A model generated the notes under the pieces. The model was not told the DNA's origin. It searched no databases and saw only the letters and a program-made list of their open reading frames with translations. Shown one piece after another: positions 1 to 13,400 of a stretch of DNA of 64,000 bases. The DNA is from Ophelia neglecta. Its lineage: Eukaryota. The position numbers and the translations under genes are program-made. Within the stretch, counting starts at the first letter, position 1; every line of letters starts with the position of its first letter. The stretch covers positions 67,952,001 to 68,016,000 of the forward strand of contig OZ260662.1 in the NCBI GenBank assembly GCA_965285935.1. Direction: 5' to 3'.

Positions 1-1290
1 CGCATGACATGGGCAACTCTCAATTAATTGTTGATGCTATCCGCGTTTTCATGCACAGAACCAGAAAATTCTACAGCATTGTTTTAATTTCGTATTCTAG
101 TTTTTTTCCGTCCTCACATTGCTATCATTTTCATCTTATCCTTTTTTCACAATATCGGCTTTATTACCATTTTTATTTGCATTCCTGATTGAAAAAATAA
201 TTTGGCGCTTTAATGTATGTATATTTCAAATGTATATACTTGTATACACAAACAAGCGATGTGTGAGGTTTTATCTGAAAAGCACCTCCATCTTGGATAG
301 TGATAACATACTCTCCATGTATTAAGGTTCTTAAACAGATAATTGTTAAGAGCCTTGGCCGGGGAAACGTAATAAACCAGTTTTAAGACCGGGGAGGTAA
401 CTATGCAGGATTTTCAGATCGTATCCCGCATGTACCAGGATTTCTAGATCGGCGGCCTTTAAAAATAACTCTTAATACTGGTGTCTATATTTGGTTGGCG
501 TAAGGGTAAGTGAATATAGGCCGGGGGGGGGGGACCATCCAGCACGGATATTCCCCAAACTCTTACACCGGCTACATTGTACTATGGCCATTTAATATAT
601 AACTATATATATATTTGTGCTATGAAGCTTCGCTTTCACATTCTGACAATATTTTCGCCGTCTGTTGATATCTTGTTTTTTTATCATTACCTTTGTTTGT
701 ACCAATAGTGGTGGTACGATAAGGCGAGTTGCCTAGCTTTGATCGTGGGATGACTGATGACTACTATTAGACCTTGCCGACCCAGACATTACTGCTGGTC
801 GTCTGCTCAAAACCCAGGGAAACAAAAGTTTCTGAATTACTTGTAGATAGGAACTCCCGATCAAAAGAATCAATTTCTTCGGAGCAAAGTACACGTATTC
901 GTCATCAGAAAGAAATCCCCGTTCGCTAGTTGTTTTTTTTTTTGCTGATTATGGTAAATATATCAAAGCCAGAAGTTTGCTAAGTTCCTTCTATGGATCA
1001 TCCCTAACGGATGACGTATACTGAGAGGCAATGATCAATGCTCATCAATCAAAGGGATTTATTTTGGTTAGATGTGCAATTATTTGACCAGAAGCTGGTG
1101 CGGCATGTGTTATCGACCCTTGGAGCGTGTGATTGAGATGCATATGTCTTCGTCATTCATAGGTATTCTTCTTATCAAAGTATTTCATGTTCTATAGGCT
1201 TACCGGTACTTGTAAGAAAAGATCGTCCCAAATAGTCTGTCCAAATACCGGAAGTATACAATTATTTGCCAGACGGAAGGTCAGAACTTG

Positions 1291-1472
1291 TACAGTGAAA
1301 CCTGGTCTAAAGGGCTCCTGGAAATTAGGGGCACCTGATAATTAGGGACAGCTACATTAGGACCCAACATTTCGTTTTATATGTAAAAGAACCTTGAAAT
1401 TAGGGGCACCTTAGAAAGCAGGGCACTTTAAGACAGTCCCTTGCCTGTCCCTAATTTCCAGGTTTCACTGTA
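1291..1472. mobile_element. MITE, Tc1/mariner-pogo (Tigger-like)
   Basis: TA-CAGTGAAACCTGG ... CCAGGTTTCACTG-TA: perfect terminal inverted repeat with TA target-site duplication, and internal repeats of GAAATTAGGGGCACCT. Confidence 0.88.
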
Positions 1473-1789
1473 CTGTGCGCAGAAGTAATGTGCGAGCGAA
1501 GCCGGGTAGCACATATCATCTTTCTATACAAAAGGATTTTGTACTTTAGTGCAGTACTGAATGGAATAAGAATCTAATAGACCATGGAAGTCGGTTTCTA
1601 CGCTGCCTGATTATATATCTAACACAGATCTACTTGGTTACACTGTCTTGGCTCCCTATTCTTTGTTTTCCAGTCCAGAGTAGAAAATATGGCATAGTTA
1701 CTGCGTAAATGCCTTTTTTTCTTTTGGAATGAGAATAATGCATTTCATAAATCAATATTTGCTTCAAACAAGTGCCCCTTACCTTAATA

Positions 1790-3130
1790 GAATAACCTTT
1801 GAGCCCTCGTTCATCTTTTACGGTGAGATCTCAGACGAGATCTGTGGTCTTGCGACTGGTTCTGGTATGACAGTCGACAATCCCCTTCCTCTTCGCTGAC
1901 CTTTTCCTGGTTCAATGAAGTCTTGAATCAGATATGGGTCCCAAACTGTTGCACAATATTGCAGTATCGAGCGGACCAATGATGTATAGCCAAGGCCTTC
2001 ACTTTGGAGACCCAGGTCAGGCTTTGAGATTCATTCGGAGAAAGACAATAGATATGCTGGTTGATTGGCCGTCGCGACGATATGGTTTACCAAAATTAGG
2101 TCGTTGCTGATATTGACCCCAGGTACTTTTCATCTATGACCTCGTGCAAGATCTGTCTACAGATTGAGTACGATTGACTTAGGGGATGCGAGATCAGCTT
2201 ATGCGCTTGATATTGCATTCTGTAGCATTAAACCTTATACCCCCCTTCTGATCTCACAATTCAAGTGATGTGAGGTCTGCCTGGAGGTCAAGCAGGTCCT
2301 GCTCCCGGTAAATGGGGCGGTTTAAAAGTCTGTCTTCAGCGAATAACCGTACTGTTGAGCTCATATTCTGGAGGGGGTCATTCATATGCAACGTAAACAG
2401 GAGTGGGCCCAACACGTTTCCCTGGAACACTCCTGAGTCCACATGCACTGGTTCCGACTGGCCACCGTCGACCACAACACTCCGCTCACTGTTCTTGAGA
2501 AATGCAGCATTCCACTTGTGAGAATTCCCCTTAATGCAATAGTTATGAAGCTTGTTCAGAAGGCGTTGTTGGGGTACGGTGTCGAACGCCTTCACAAAAT
2601 TAAAGAAGGCCATGTCAATTTGGATCTATTGGCCACGTAAAGCCAATCAGTCGTCCAGAGTGGTAAAAAGCTGCGATTCTGAAGCCGTGCTGAAAGGGCG
2701 TGAGGATGTGACTGCACAGGATATGTTCAACAAATTTTCAGCACACACACGTGATGGAAATTGGTCGATAGTTCTCGGCAGGAATTTCGTTCCTTTTTTT
2801 TTAAATACTGGTGGAACAAAGGCGTTGAACCAGTCACTTGGTAGTTTGCCTTTACTGGGTGACTAAGAGAAAAAGACTGACAAGGTCGGACCAAGTTCAT
2901 TACACAACTTCTCCAATAGACGGCAAGAAATGTTATCTGGCCCAGAAGCATTTAGTTTGTTGATCTTCTGGTTAGCCAGCAAGTTGCTGATTCGATCAGG
3001 GTGTATTATTAGATCATTGATAGAGTGGTTTCGAGGGCCCTCGAGTTGGGATGGCGAATGTGTCCTACTATCTGATCGCGGCAGAGGAGAGGATCATGGG
3101 AGTGCCGAGGTCTACTTTCAACTTTTTTTG
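1790..3130 (-). mobile_element. Decayed non-LTR retrotransposon (CR1/L2-group LINE), reverse transcriptase region
   Basis: Minus-strand translation gives KAFDTVP..RLLNKL, GV(F)QGNVLGPLLFTLHMND, LFAED (degenerate F/YADD), LQADLTSL, YLGVNISND and YTSLVRSILQYCATVWDPY, and ASGPDNISCRLL upstream. It contains stops and frameshifts. Boundaries are approximate. Confidence 0.92.
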
Positions 3131-3744
3131 TAAAAGAAAAGCTGAAAATTCATTGTACCTTTTCTGTGGGTCTTTAATTTGCCTATTGTTTTCAGGATGA
3201 TGTTTGATCCCGGGGATTTGACAGAATTTGACTTCTCGCGCAGTCATGGTTTCACGGTGTGGCGTGAGTAAAGACGTTAATTTGCACCATCTCCCGGTTA
3301 CCTGGATATCCGGAAACTGTTTGGCTCCATTTCCCGGAATTTCCATTTGGAAAACAAACTTTCGCTCGCACACTTTAGTGCTATGTCTATATATAGTGTA
3401 TGTTTTATACGAGAAAGTATGCTGGAAATAGACTACCGTAAAAATTATTAAGATTTCGATTACAGGTGTACTAAACATGAGTCAGTATATGAGTGTTTAT
3501 AAAACTAATATAGGGAATGTAATATGCATTCAGCCAGGGCAAAAAGTTTTCAAATGTACACAAGACAATTGGGAGACTAAATTAAATAAGATTTTTTCAC
3601 ATATATTGTGATTTGATCGCGCCATACAGCAATGAGGATAGTGTGAATTGAGTGCGTGTTATAGTGGCAGGTTCGTACACGGATCCCCACCACTGAGCCG
3701 GGTGGCCGAACCCTTTATGACAAGCCGCAATGTGTCAGCATAAA

Positions 3745-4908
3745 TATATCCGCGAAATGCGGATATTATGTTTTCAGTAGCGCCGCCGCCGCCGCCGCAG
3801 ATTTTAATCGTTAACGCGATAACTCAAAAACAATTTCATACATCTTTTTCAAATTCAACACAGCCATAGACCTTATTGAGAGGAGGAACTGATTAGATTC
3901 TGGTGAAAATCCAATAATTATTAATTAGTTAAAACAATTAATTAATTACATCAGAAACGCATTTTCTGCAATAACACAAAAAATATTTGATACAACTTTT
4001 TCTAATTTGACACAGCCATAGACCTTACTGAGAGGAAGACCTGTATTTATTCTGGTGAATTTCTGATAATTATTAATTAGTTAAAATGATTAATTACTTA
4101 TGTCAAAAACACATTTTCTATCAAATATTCCAAAGTATAGATGATATTGGCTTGAAGTTTTGTGTCATGATTCATGTAATAACAATATACAATCTGTGTA
4201 ATAAGTTAACTAGTTAACTTTATTAATGACTTGAAAAAAAATTAGTTAAGGTGGTTTTGCATTATTCTTGAGGTCATATGGAACCAATTGTATTAATGAC
4301 CTGCCTTATTATTGAGGTTATATAGAAGCTACTACAATCTGTGTAACAAGTTAACTAGTACTGTGTAACAAGTTAACTAATTAACTTTATTAATGACCTG
4401 AAAAAAAATTAGTTAAGGCAGTTTTTCATTACTATTGAGGTCATATGGAACCTACTACAATGTGTGTAATAAGTTAACTAGTTAACTTTATTAATGACCA
4501 GAACATTTTTTAGTTAAGGTCGTTTTGCATTATTGTTGAGGTCTTATGGAACCTACTAATAAGTTCACTAGTTCACTTTATTAATGACCTGAAAAAAAAT
4601 TAGTTAGGGTCGTTTGGCATTAATATTGAGGTCATATGACACCAACTTTAAGAATGACCTGCATTATTATTGAGGTCAAATAGAACCTACTACAATCTAT
4701 GTAATAAGTTAACTAGTACTGTGTATTAAGTTAACTAGTTTAACTTTATTAATGACCTGAACAAAAATTAATTAAGGTCGTTATCTTTTGTGCCAACTAA
4801 AAACTACCATATTCACTACCTCGCCTTATGCCATGTTCCCCATTCGATTATTGCACGCATTCGCGGATATACCCTTTGCTGTCGGCCCCCCGACAGCGTT
4901 GGACTAGT
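3745..4908 (+). mobile_element. Non-autonomous Helentron-associated element (HINE/DINE-1-like) with internal tandem repeats
   Basis: Subterminal inverted repeats TATATCCGCGAA (3745-3756) and TTCGCGGATATA (4860-4871); 5' self-complementary ATATCCGCgaaatGCGGATAT; (GCC)n microsatellite at ~3780-3798; two ~150-bp repeats (~3820-4120) and an array of ~90-110-bp AT-rich repeats (~4190-4780); 3' hairpin GCTGTCGG-cccc-CCGACAGC (4878-4897) followed by CTAGT. Confidence 0.8.
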
Positions 4909-4912
4909 TAAT

Positions 4913-5135
4913 TACCGTTAATGATCTAATAAAAGACGCATATCTAATAGAAGATACACTCTTAGTTTAGAATAAGTTTTATCTATAGCTTACTGTTGGA
5001 TTTTAGGAATATTTAAGACTAATGAAATTTGTTTATTCCAACACAAGACGCATCCTCAAGTTTGGCATAAAAGTTCATTATTTTTTAGACCCGAAAATAG
5101 AAAAAAGGGAGTCTACTATTAGACCAAATACGGTA
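4913..5135. mobile_element. MITE, pogo/Tc2-like (TA-CCGT...ACGG-TA)
   Basis: Imperfect terminal inverted repeats TACCGTtaatgaTCTAATA and TATTAGAccaaatACGGTA. Confidence 0.65.
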
Positions 5136-7326
5136 GCTATAATGAAGCCAGCAACTGACTCTATTCTTTAATAACTGACAGAATTTCGCATGTTAGCCAT
5201 GTTGTGCCTTGTGATTGGCCTATTGTCGGAAGAAAAAAGTCCGCCCTTCTATTAAAACGTGAAAACAGAGACTGAAACAGATAATACCAAAATGAGATAT
5301 CGTTCCCAAGTTCAAATTTTTGCATTTTCCTATTTGCCTTTGGAAAACTGAATAATATTCTAATGCATTAGTAATCTAACAAGCACAGAATAACGCAGGC
5401 ACCATTTATTTGGCCATAATGTCGATGTTTGCCACTAAGGATACAACACATTTCCGGCGCTACCATGGTCAGTGTGGGAGGCGTGAAATAACAAGACCCT
5501 TTCAGACCTTCAGACTTCTTCCAGGCAACCTAACGATCAGAATTTGTGTAGCAATTAATCGCCGCTCCTGAACATAATTAGCACTGGCTCTACACTCAAC
5601 TTAATAAGTAGTATAACAAATAGCCCTTCAGAAAATCTATAATCACTCATCTATTAGCCAGAAATATCTTATTATTATTTTAGAGTGAGTCAACATTTGC
5701 TGAGGTGTTCCGCCCAGCTTGCAGATTTCGAGGAAGTTGAAGAAATAGGCCTTTTTTCAGTTTAGATGTGGAGGGTGGAGTTAGTTCCCTATGTAGGTGC
5801 AAATAATCAAATGTAGTTAATTTGGACACTACCGGTATACACTGGAAAGAGCCTAGAACATGCAAAAATGCCGAAATAACAGTGCCGAAATCGCGGAAAT
5901 ACCAAATTTACCGATTGAAGATTTTTTTTTGCCGAAATGACCGAAATTTCCGAAAAAGTTAATACGTATAGTTTTGCCCACAAACATGTATGTATCTACT
6001 ACCATCACGCTTATTTTACACAAATACCGCCAATGACAACCATTTATTGCCATATCTATACTAGGCCTAGGCCTATATGAATTTCATATATTTCATTTCC
6101 GTCACATTTAATACAATAATGCCTTTTGTCCCATTTGCCAAGTGATTGAATAATTGGAGATAGTTTAGTATTTTGGCCAATTTAGTGGGTGGTCCGTAAA
6201 ATATATGGTGATTTTCCGCTCACCGTTTGCTCTCCCCGGCGATATATAATAAACGCTCCCTAACGGCCTTGGAAAGCTCCATGTCAACCGTCTGTTCAAA
6301 TTGCTTCAACCTGCGGGGTCTCTACTCATATAAAATATATTTCACTATAGGGAATTGAAAGGTATGTAAACCATGCCCTGACGTTGGGTGGCCAAGTTAC
6401 AACCACAATAAATATTTGCTGTGTTTGCGGCTTAGCCGAAATGAGTGACGCTGACCTTTTCCCATACCTTCGAAAACTCCTTTACGTTCTTTTGCAAGTC
6501 AAGTAGAAAATTATTAGGTTTATAACTATAGAAAACGTCTCAAATTACCAATATCCGCCGAGCACTGGAAACCACTTAGTTTGAGCGATGATACATGTTC
6601 TGTCGGTGTTCTCATTAACACATGCTCGTAATGTTGAGAGGTGTTGGGTCTATTGAGGTCTACAGTATGCCACAGCTTACCTTGCAAATGACCTTCACTG
6701 ACAACCAGTCTCCTTATTTACATATTTCCGTCAACCGTGATTGGGCTGGCTCCAAATCATTTTCGCACCAAAACCACGATAATAAATCAATGCCGTAACC
6801 GATCTTTGTCATCGGCATCTACACTCAAACATGGGTGTCATAGTTTCTATAATGTTGGCCTAGGTCTATAAACAGAAAAGGCATCTGTGCACGCGTACAT
6901 CGTGTCATAATGTATTATGTTCTTTGTCCCTTCAAGCGGATTTTTCGTCTTTTTTTCTTTATTTTTTTTGTAGCATAATAGGCCTAGTATAGCTGTAAAG
7001 TATTACGACCTCGAGATTATGAATTGACGGTGATTGACGCATTAGAGAATTGCCAATTACATAGCAAACCTTCAAACTTCCCCACTCATTTTCCTCCACA
7101 GATGGCTGTATTAGTAGTAAGTAGTGAATTTTGTTTACTATAGTGACAATGCCAGGAAACAATACAGTAAATTGATGGTAAAAGTAATGTCAGCCAGAGA
7201 CACTTTTACCCGCTTAACTAATAATAATACATATGGATACTGCACTTACAAACATGGCCACACGTTCAAACTATATCAGAGGGACGATAACAGAATGAAT
7301 TAGGTTTAACTCCCAGGATAAACATA

Positions 7327-7496
7327 TACAGTGGAACTTGTGAATTAAGACAATTTAAGCTAAGGGCCTGGAAAATACTGGTCTGATTTCAGAGGTGGCC
7401 TGTTCAGAAAGGTGATTTAACATTGAACGTATAAATTACGGTCCTCATACAAGTGGTCTGAATTGACGGGTGGTCTGATTATAGGTGGTCACTGCA
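7327..7496 (+). mobile_element. Tigger-like MITE family, copy 1 (degenerate right end)
   Basis: Starts TACAGTGGAAC and shares CTGGAAAATACTGGTCTGATTTCAGAG and the GGTGGTCT repeats with the copies at 40690 and 55117. Confidence 0.8.
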
Positions 7497-10400
7497 CAGT
7501 AAAAAACATGCCTGAAAGACTGAAACCTGCCCTAAAGCTAGTTGAATTGCAATCGCCAGATTTCCAGAAAATAATCTCAATGTTGTTTGTAGTCCGTATT
7601 GAATCACAGCGTGTTCGAGTTACCCTTCGTTAATCGCCGTGGTTTTCTATAGGAAAAAGTGGTAGGCCTAATTATTTATGGGTAGCGTGGTAATCGCTGT
7701 TCTTCCAAGATATGTCTCGAGATAAGATAAGAGGAGAGTTATGAAGCCCACTAATCATCTCGTCTAATATCTGTTAACTTTTTCATTGCCCTGGATGAGA
7801 TAAACATATAGCCTATCCTTAGTTTTTTGGACAATTTTTTATGTCGTGCCACCCTGTTAATTGGCTAATGGAAACGACAACAGAAGCCATTCGGCCACCT
7901 AAAGGTAATAACGTGATTCTCAGGCACCGCCCGATTCTGTACATAATCACCACACAATTATTTTGAATAATGATTTTGCTTATAAACAAAAGGCCGCCGC
8001 TCGTAACTCGCGAGCCAAAAGCAAAAAAGCCACCACTGGCCATATTGGTAAATAAACCGCCCGCCTCTGTTGCATGGAGCTAGAAGAGAAATCACCTGAT
8101 CTCCCCACTACTTTACTATCATTTCATACTATCACTATACTTCGCTTTAGAATTTCCAAGAATTCTTGTTGCAATATAATTCCTATAGAATATAATTCTC
8201 CCTAATTATAAAATGCACGTGCCAAAAACCAAACCGCCCACCCTCGCCTTATCCTTCATTGGCAAAAAATATTGATAAAGCGGCCTCGTCAATCTTGATT
8301 ACAAAATTGCATCAGAATCCCCGGTTTTTGGACCTCCTTAAAAAGTTAAAAGTCCCTCGGTTTATTTCCCTGAGAAGATTGCCTGAGAATGACTTTATTA
8401 CAGGATATTTCGGTAGCCACACTTCAGGCCAGTGGGATAAAATCGCCGCCTGGTGTAACGATTGGATCATTGGCGTGCCGTCCATCAAGCTGACAGCGTC
8501 GAAAACAGATAGCCCCCGCCGGTCGCGAATTAGTGCAATATTTTTTTATGAATTACAGAATATTCTCTACCCTAGGCCCAGTCATCTTTAATAAATTATT
8601 TGACAAATAATAAGTATGTGTTCTATGTATAGCGTTTTACATGAACTTTTAATCATGTTGATTCAGTCTGCTGGTATCAAAAACGCCCAATGCAGACGTC
8701 TCTATCTATTTTGAGGCAATCCTGCTGGAACCTCTGATAAGAGGATCACCACCTCCTCCGCCGATTTGTTACTCAAACCCTGCCTATTTGTATAACTCCA
8801 ACCTCACAGTACTTATGTTGCCATCAATCCTGTGTGTCAAAGGTACAGACGACCTGTGAGTATTGTAATGCGATATTGGCCGCCCAATAACTGAAACCGT
8901 GCATGGTACAGTGGTTAGTGGTGGTATGTTCATAGAACATTCCCGGGACCGGGGTCCCAATCCGTTAGGAACAGGCCAGGGGCTCTGACGAGATGTGATC
9001 GCGTGTCAGCCCTAGACCCACCCCTGACATGATTTGCAATCCGTCTATGAACTCGTGAAGTGCCGACTTCCTGTAGTTCGCATCCTACTTCTCTAGTGCG
9101 GGAATGCCAACCACTTCACACCCATCTATTTAACATCTCTACAATTACAGGGTAATCAAATCCCTTCCACACACATCACACCTGATAAATTGCACTTGAT
9201 TTCCACTTTACTCACATCTGTCTTATTTTCCATGACCCTGGAAGTTTTTTTCATAGCGCACATATTTTTATGACACCCAAGGACATAATGAGCGAAGACT
9301 GTGGGAAAATATGGTGAAACTTGTCAGAACATGTCACGTCTATCTTCGTTTTACTGATTTAAAAAAAAATTCTAACTCAGTTCAGACATCGACCTTTGCA
9401 ATAATCATGAATCGATTGTTTAGTTTAAGACTATGAAAAGGTAGAAAATTTAATGGAACAGTATGCGTTTACATAAATAACATTTAACCGTTTTACAGTC
9501 ACATCATAATATTATAGACGTAAGGTACCTCTTTTATGCTCGTATGGTATGAACATTTTTAACATCATATATTTATATCTATATGAGTATTAACCGATAG
9601 TATTGGTAACATCCGAAAATGAGGCTGTTTTTCGATAATTCCATCTTGATAGAATAATAAATTTCCAAAAGTAATATAGAGAGTCGAGGCTTAGTTTTGT
9701 TTGGGATTTGATCCCAGACGTCAATTGACGCCATGTTGAATTTGGAGACGTAATTGCCACAAGGACATTTGAAGATAATTTCTTTTTGACTGTCTTGGAA
9801 ATTTCTTCAGAGATGTATCAACGCTTGCATTATACCGTGTTTGAAACTGGTTTCAAGATTTCATCTTTCATTTTATTGCTTTGAGTCTTCTTACCTGCAT
9901 CAATATGATAGTTTCAAGATTTTAAAAAATAGTATATAAGGGATTCTATATGTTCATACGCCATGCTGGCAGAACTCATTTTTACTGTATACATGTCTTA
10001 GCTCAAACCTTGAGAAAGTAAAACTGTGCCGTTCAGAACGCCCATGGCCATCTAACTTCAAAACATTAATTATTTGTTAGGAGTAGATAAAGCTACAGTT
10101 CAAGATTGTCCTTGTCAAACTCTTGAGATATATTTGCCCATTATTGAGATCACCCGCTAAGAATCCATACTCGGTTTTGATATCACAACTTTATGAACGC
10201 AAGTGCAATGAAACGAGATATATGTTAGCCACCAATTAAATAAGACTGGGCGGAAAATGACGTATTGGTAAATAGAACATGATGGGGTAGGTTTTCGCAC
10301 CTCATATCCCAGGCATCCGGTTTTCTAATCCAGTGTTCTCAATCATTTCTGATTAACACTTAAGTCGCTCTAATTGGCAATAGGAGGACCAAATGTCAAC

Positions 10401-13400
10401 GGCATAGCAACGATTTCTTTTGATTTCAGGTAACGCTTCTCGAGCTCTCACGTGTTTTCAATAAATTTCTCCTACCGAGATTTGCTCCGTCGACGCCTCC
10501 CGAAGAACACTTACCACCGCAGCCAATAAACACGAAAACACGACAAAAAAAGGTTCATGACCAGACCATGGCAATTTACAATGTACTATAAAAAGACAAA
10601 TTTTATACGCTCGAGCTCAATTGAAACGTTTATAATCGTAAACATTTTTGTCGTAGGACTCGAATCAGAGAACTTCAGTATTTCCGAAGTTTAATGTTCA
10701 AGTTTAACAAAACGCGAATATAAATACATGTAGTAGTATGTACATGTTTTACCTAGGTGATAATAGCTATACGTGACTTCGGTTATCATCAATAACACAG
10801 CATGGAAACCCTTATTGTTTTCTCTCAAATGTAACACGAAAGGAGGAGACCGAACTGATATGAACTTGAAGCAATTAAATTGCATTTTTATCTGTTCGAT
10901 TTCAGTATGTGGAACATCGCCTGGCGAAAACACCGTAAAGCATATTATTATAAATATATGTCAGTAATGACAACGCAATCTTTATTCGCTAGTATACTAG
11001 TCACAAAGCCAGTCTACTCGTTTGTGATACGTCTTTGAGTGTCTGCACATGGATGTATTTTAGTTTGACAATGGTTTTAAACAAACACACCCTTATTCTT
11101 AAAATATTATTGTCAGTGGGATCATTTAACGAGGAAGGACTTTCTTTACCATGGCAACTGAGGTAAATTTGAATTGGCGCTATATCTAAATATTAAAACC
11201 AACCCCAAAACTACAGATGTGCCCTATTTCATACTGACTTTCGAGTTTATACAATTCCTGCAAATATTGAGCTTGTCCTCCCCACTTCTTTCGCTGTTTC
11301 CGGTGTTAACTTTCAGTTCAAAAAAGTGGTGGATATATGTAACTAGCGTGTTATCTCAAGTATTGGTTTTAGATAAAAAGTAATAGTCTATAGCCCAAAT
11401 ACAGAAGAAAATTGTCTTGCTATGAGAATCCCCCCCCCCCCACTAGATTAATTGGTCAAAAAACTGTATTTATGAATAAGTATATATGGTATTGCATAAT
11501 ACCTCATTACCATCATAGACAGAATTTTGTCAATGAGAAATTGAAGAAGATCGATAAACTGGGGTGCCTTCCATTTGCAGAAATGTTGACATTCGTTGTG
11601 CAAGAGTGGTGGATTTCTACATTTATTCGTAGGGAAATCTGTAAAAAAAAAGTAGTTGCGTGACGACAGCAATGGTTTTATTGTTTAACTTTAAAAAAAA
11701 AGACTTTGGGCAATTGTACCCAGCGGATAAATTTAGGATTTATATTTTATTTCAAATTGATTTTATGATGTTGTAGAACAATTTCGTAGTCCGACACTTT
11801 AGTACGCCAGATGGTGGAGTGCTTCACCGAAAGAACAACACCCTGTACAGAACATTTAAATATATAAACATAATTAAATGAAATAACTTTGGATACCTCA
11901 ATCGAAGATATAGAAAGCTAAGATAGCTGTAATATGAGGGATGTCATATCTTACTTAAATACAGCAAAGCAAGCAGACAAATAGACAGACTCTTCCAGAT
12001 GTTTGCTTCGTGACAGACGAATATATATTGACATCGGATCTACAGCTGTTTGGATGAAACTACCTCACCTAGGATGCCTTTTGCCACAGTCATGAGATCT
12101 ACTATCTACTCCTTAAGCCGTACTGGTCACTACTCATTTAAATCAACATTAATAATATCAGAAATTTATTCATGCAGAAGATATGCGACAAGCTGTTCCA
12201 AAATTTTTATCCATATTAAAACGGAAATAAGCCTTTAGTAAGAGAGGTAATTGATAAGCATCACCTTCTGTACTGAGATCACTTTAGCGCAGTTTTATTC
12301 TTCTTAAAAAATCCTTTCTTACAAAAGAATAATTAAATAATGTTGCCAGGGAATGACAGAATTCAATAGCAGCAACTCCCAGAATCTTCTTTGGAATGAT
12401 GTCGGCCCTCCAAGCCTTATTGACACTGCCAGCGGCCAACAACTTTAGAACCGTCCCTGCGCCTATACAAGTAGGTCTGAAAATACAAATCGGAGTGGTT
12501 ATACTTGATATTGTCCCGGTTGAGTGCCTTGCACTGTTTATCTAATTCCATTAGTTTCTTATTTGCAAACAAAGCACACTTAGTAAAAGTTAGTGATACA
12601 AACAGGCCTCAAGAGGCGACCCGATTACGCACTTTCACGAAAATTAACATCGTTTGAAGAGACATATTGTACAAATTTAGAAGCAGAAAGACCCAAAATT
12701 TAGATTGGTTTCAACAAAAATTAAGAAAAAAAATGAAGGGTACTTCATTTTCAATCAAACTTCTTATTCAACTCTACTTGACATAAAAAATTCTGACCAC
12801 AAAATAAACTAAACTTAAGGTATTTTAACTAGAGTAAATTCTCGTGTAAAATCACCGTATCAAAGCAGCCGCTGATTACTTGTTGCCTTACCCCGATATC
12901 TCTCAATTGAATCAGTAGATGTGAAACGGATTGTATCAGCGCTATAAGAAATACCATGAATATCGTACTACTCAAATCTCAGATGGCTTTCTCAAGTTGC
13001 ATTGCAAACTGTGATAGCAACTGCACTTAATAGTACGACAATTCAACCTTGCTTGGCCCTTAATAAACAAAAGACTAAATACGTTTTTTAAATTTCGTAA
13101 GAAACATTGCATGATCATCAGTTGATCAACAGAATGGAACTATAGATAAACTGTCCTAGTGGGATGAGCAATGAACAACCGGCGTGAATGATCTGCACAA
13201 ACAATCCTTTCGAAAATCTGCTGTCACTTGACAAGCAAGCGCTGTGTGACCGCAACGCTGTATTGTCCCAAAGACAGTTAAAGTAGTGCAAGAACTTAAA
13301 GCGAATGGTCTCATCACCAATGGAAAAAAACGTGTTTTATCTCAGGGACGGGAAGGGGGTAGAAACATGCATAGACATCAGGGCATGTTCCGCAGACGTC

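Noticed and set aside
2254-2613. Functional reverse transcriptase (retron, DGR or defence RT)
   Set aside because: The motifs are LINE-type, the catalytic DD is mutated (FAED), and flanking frames are broken by stops and frameshifts.
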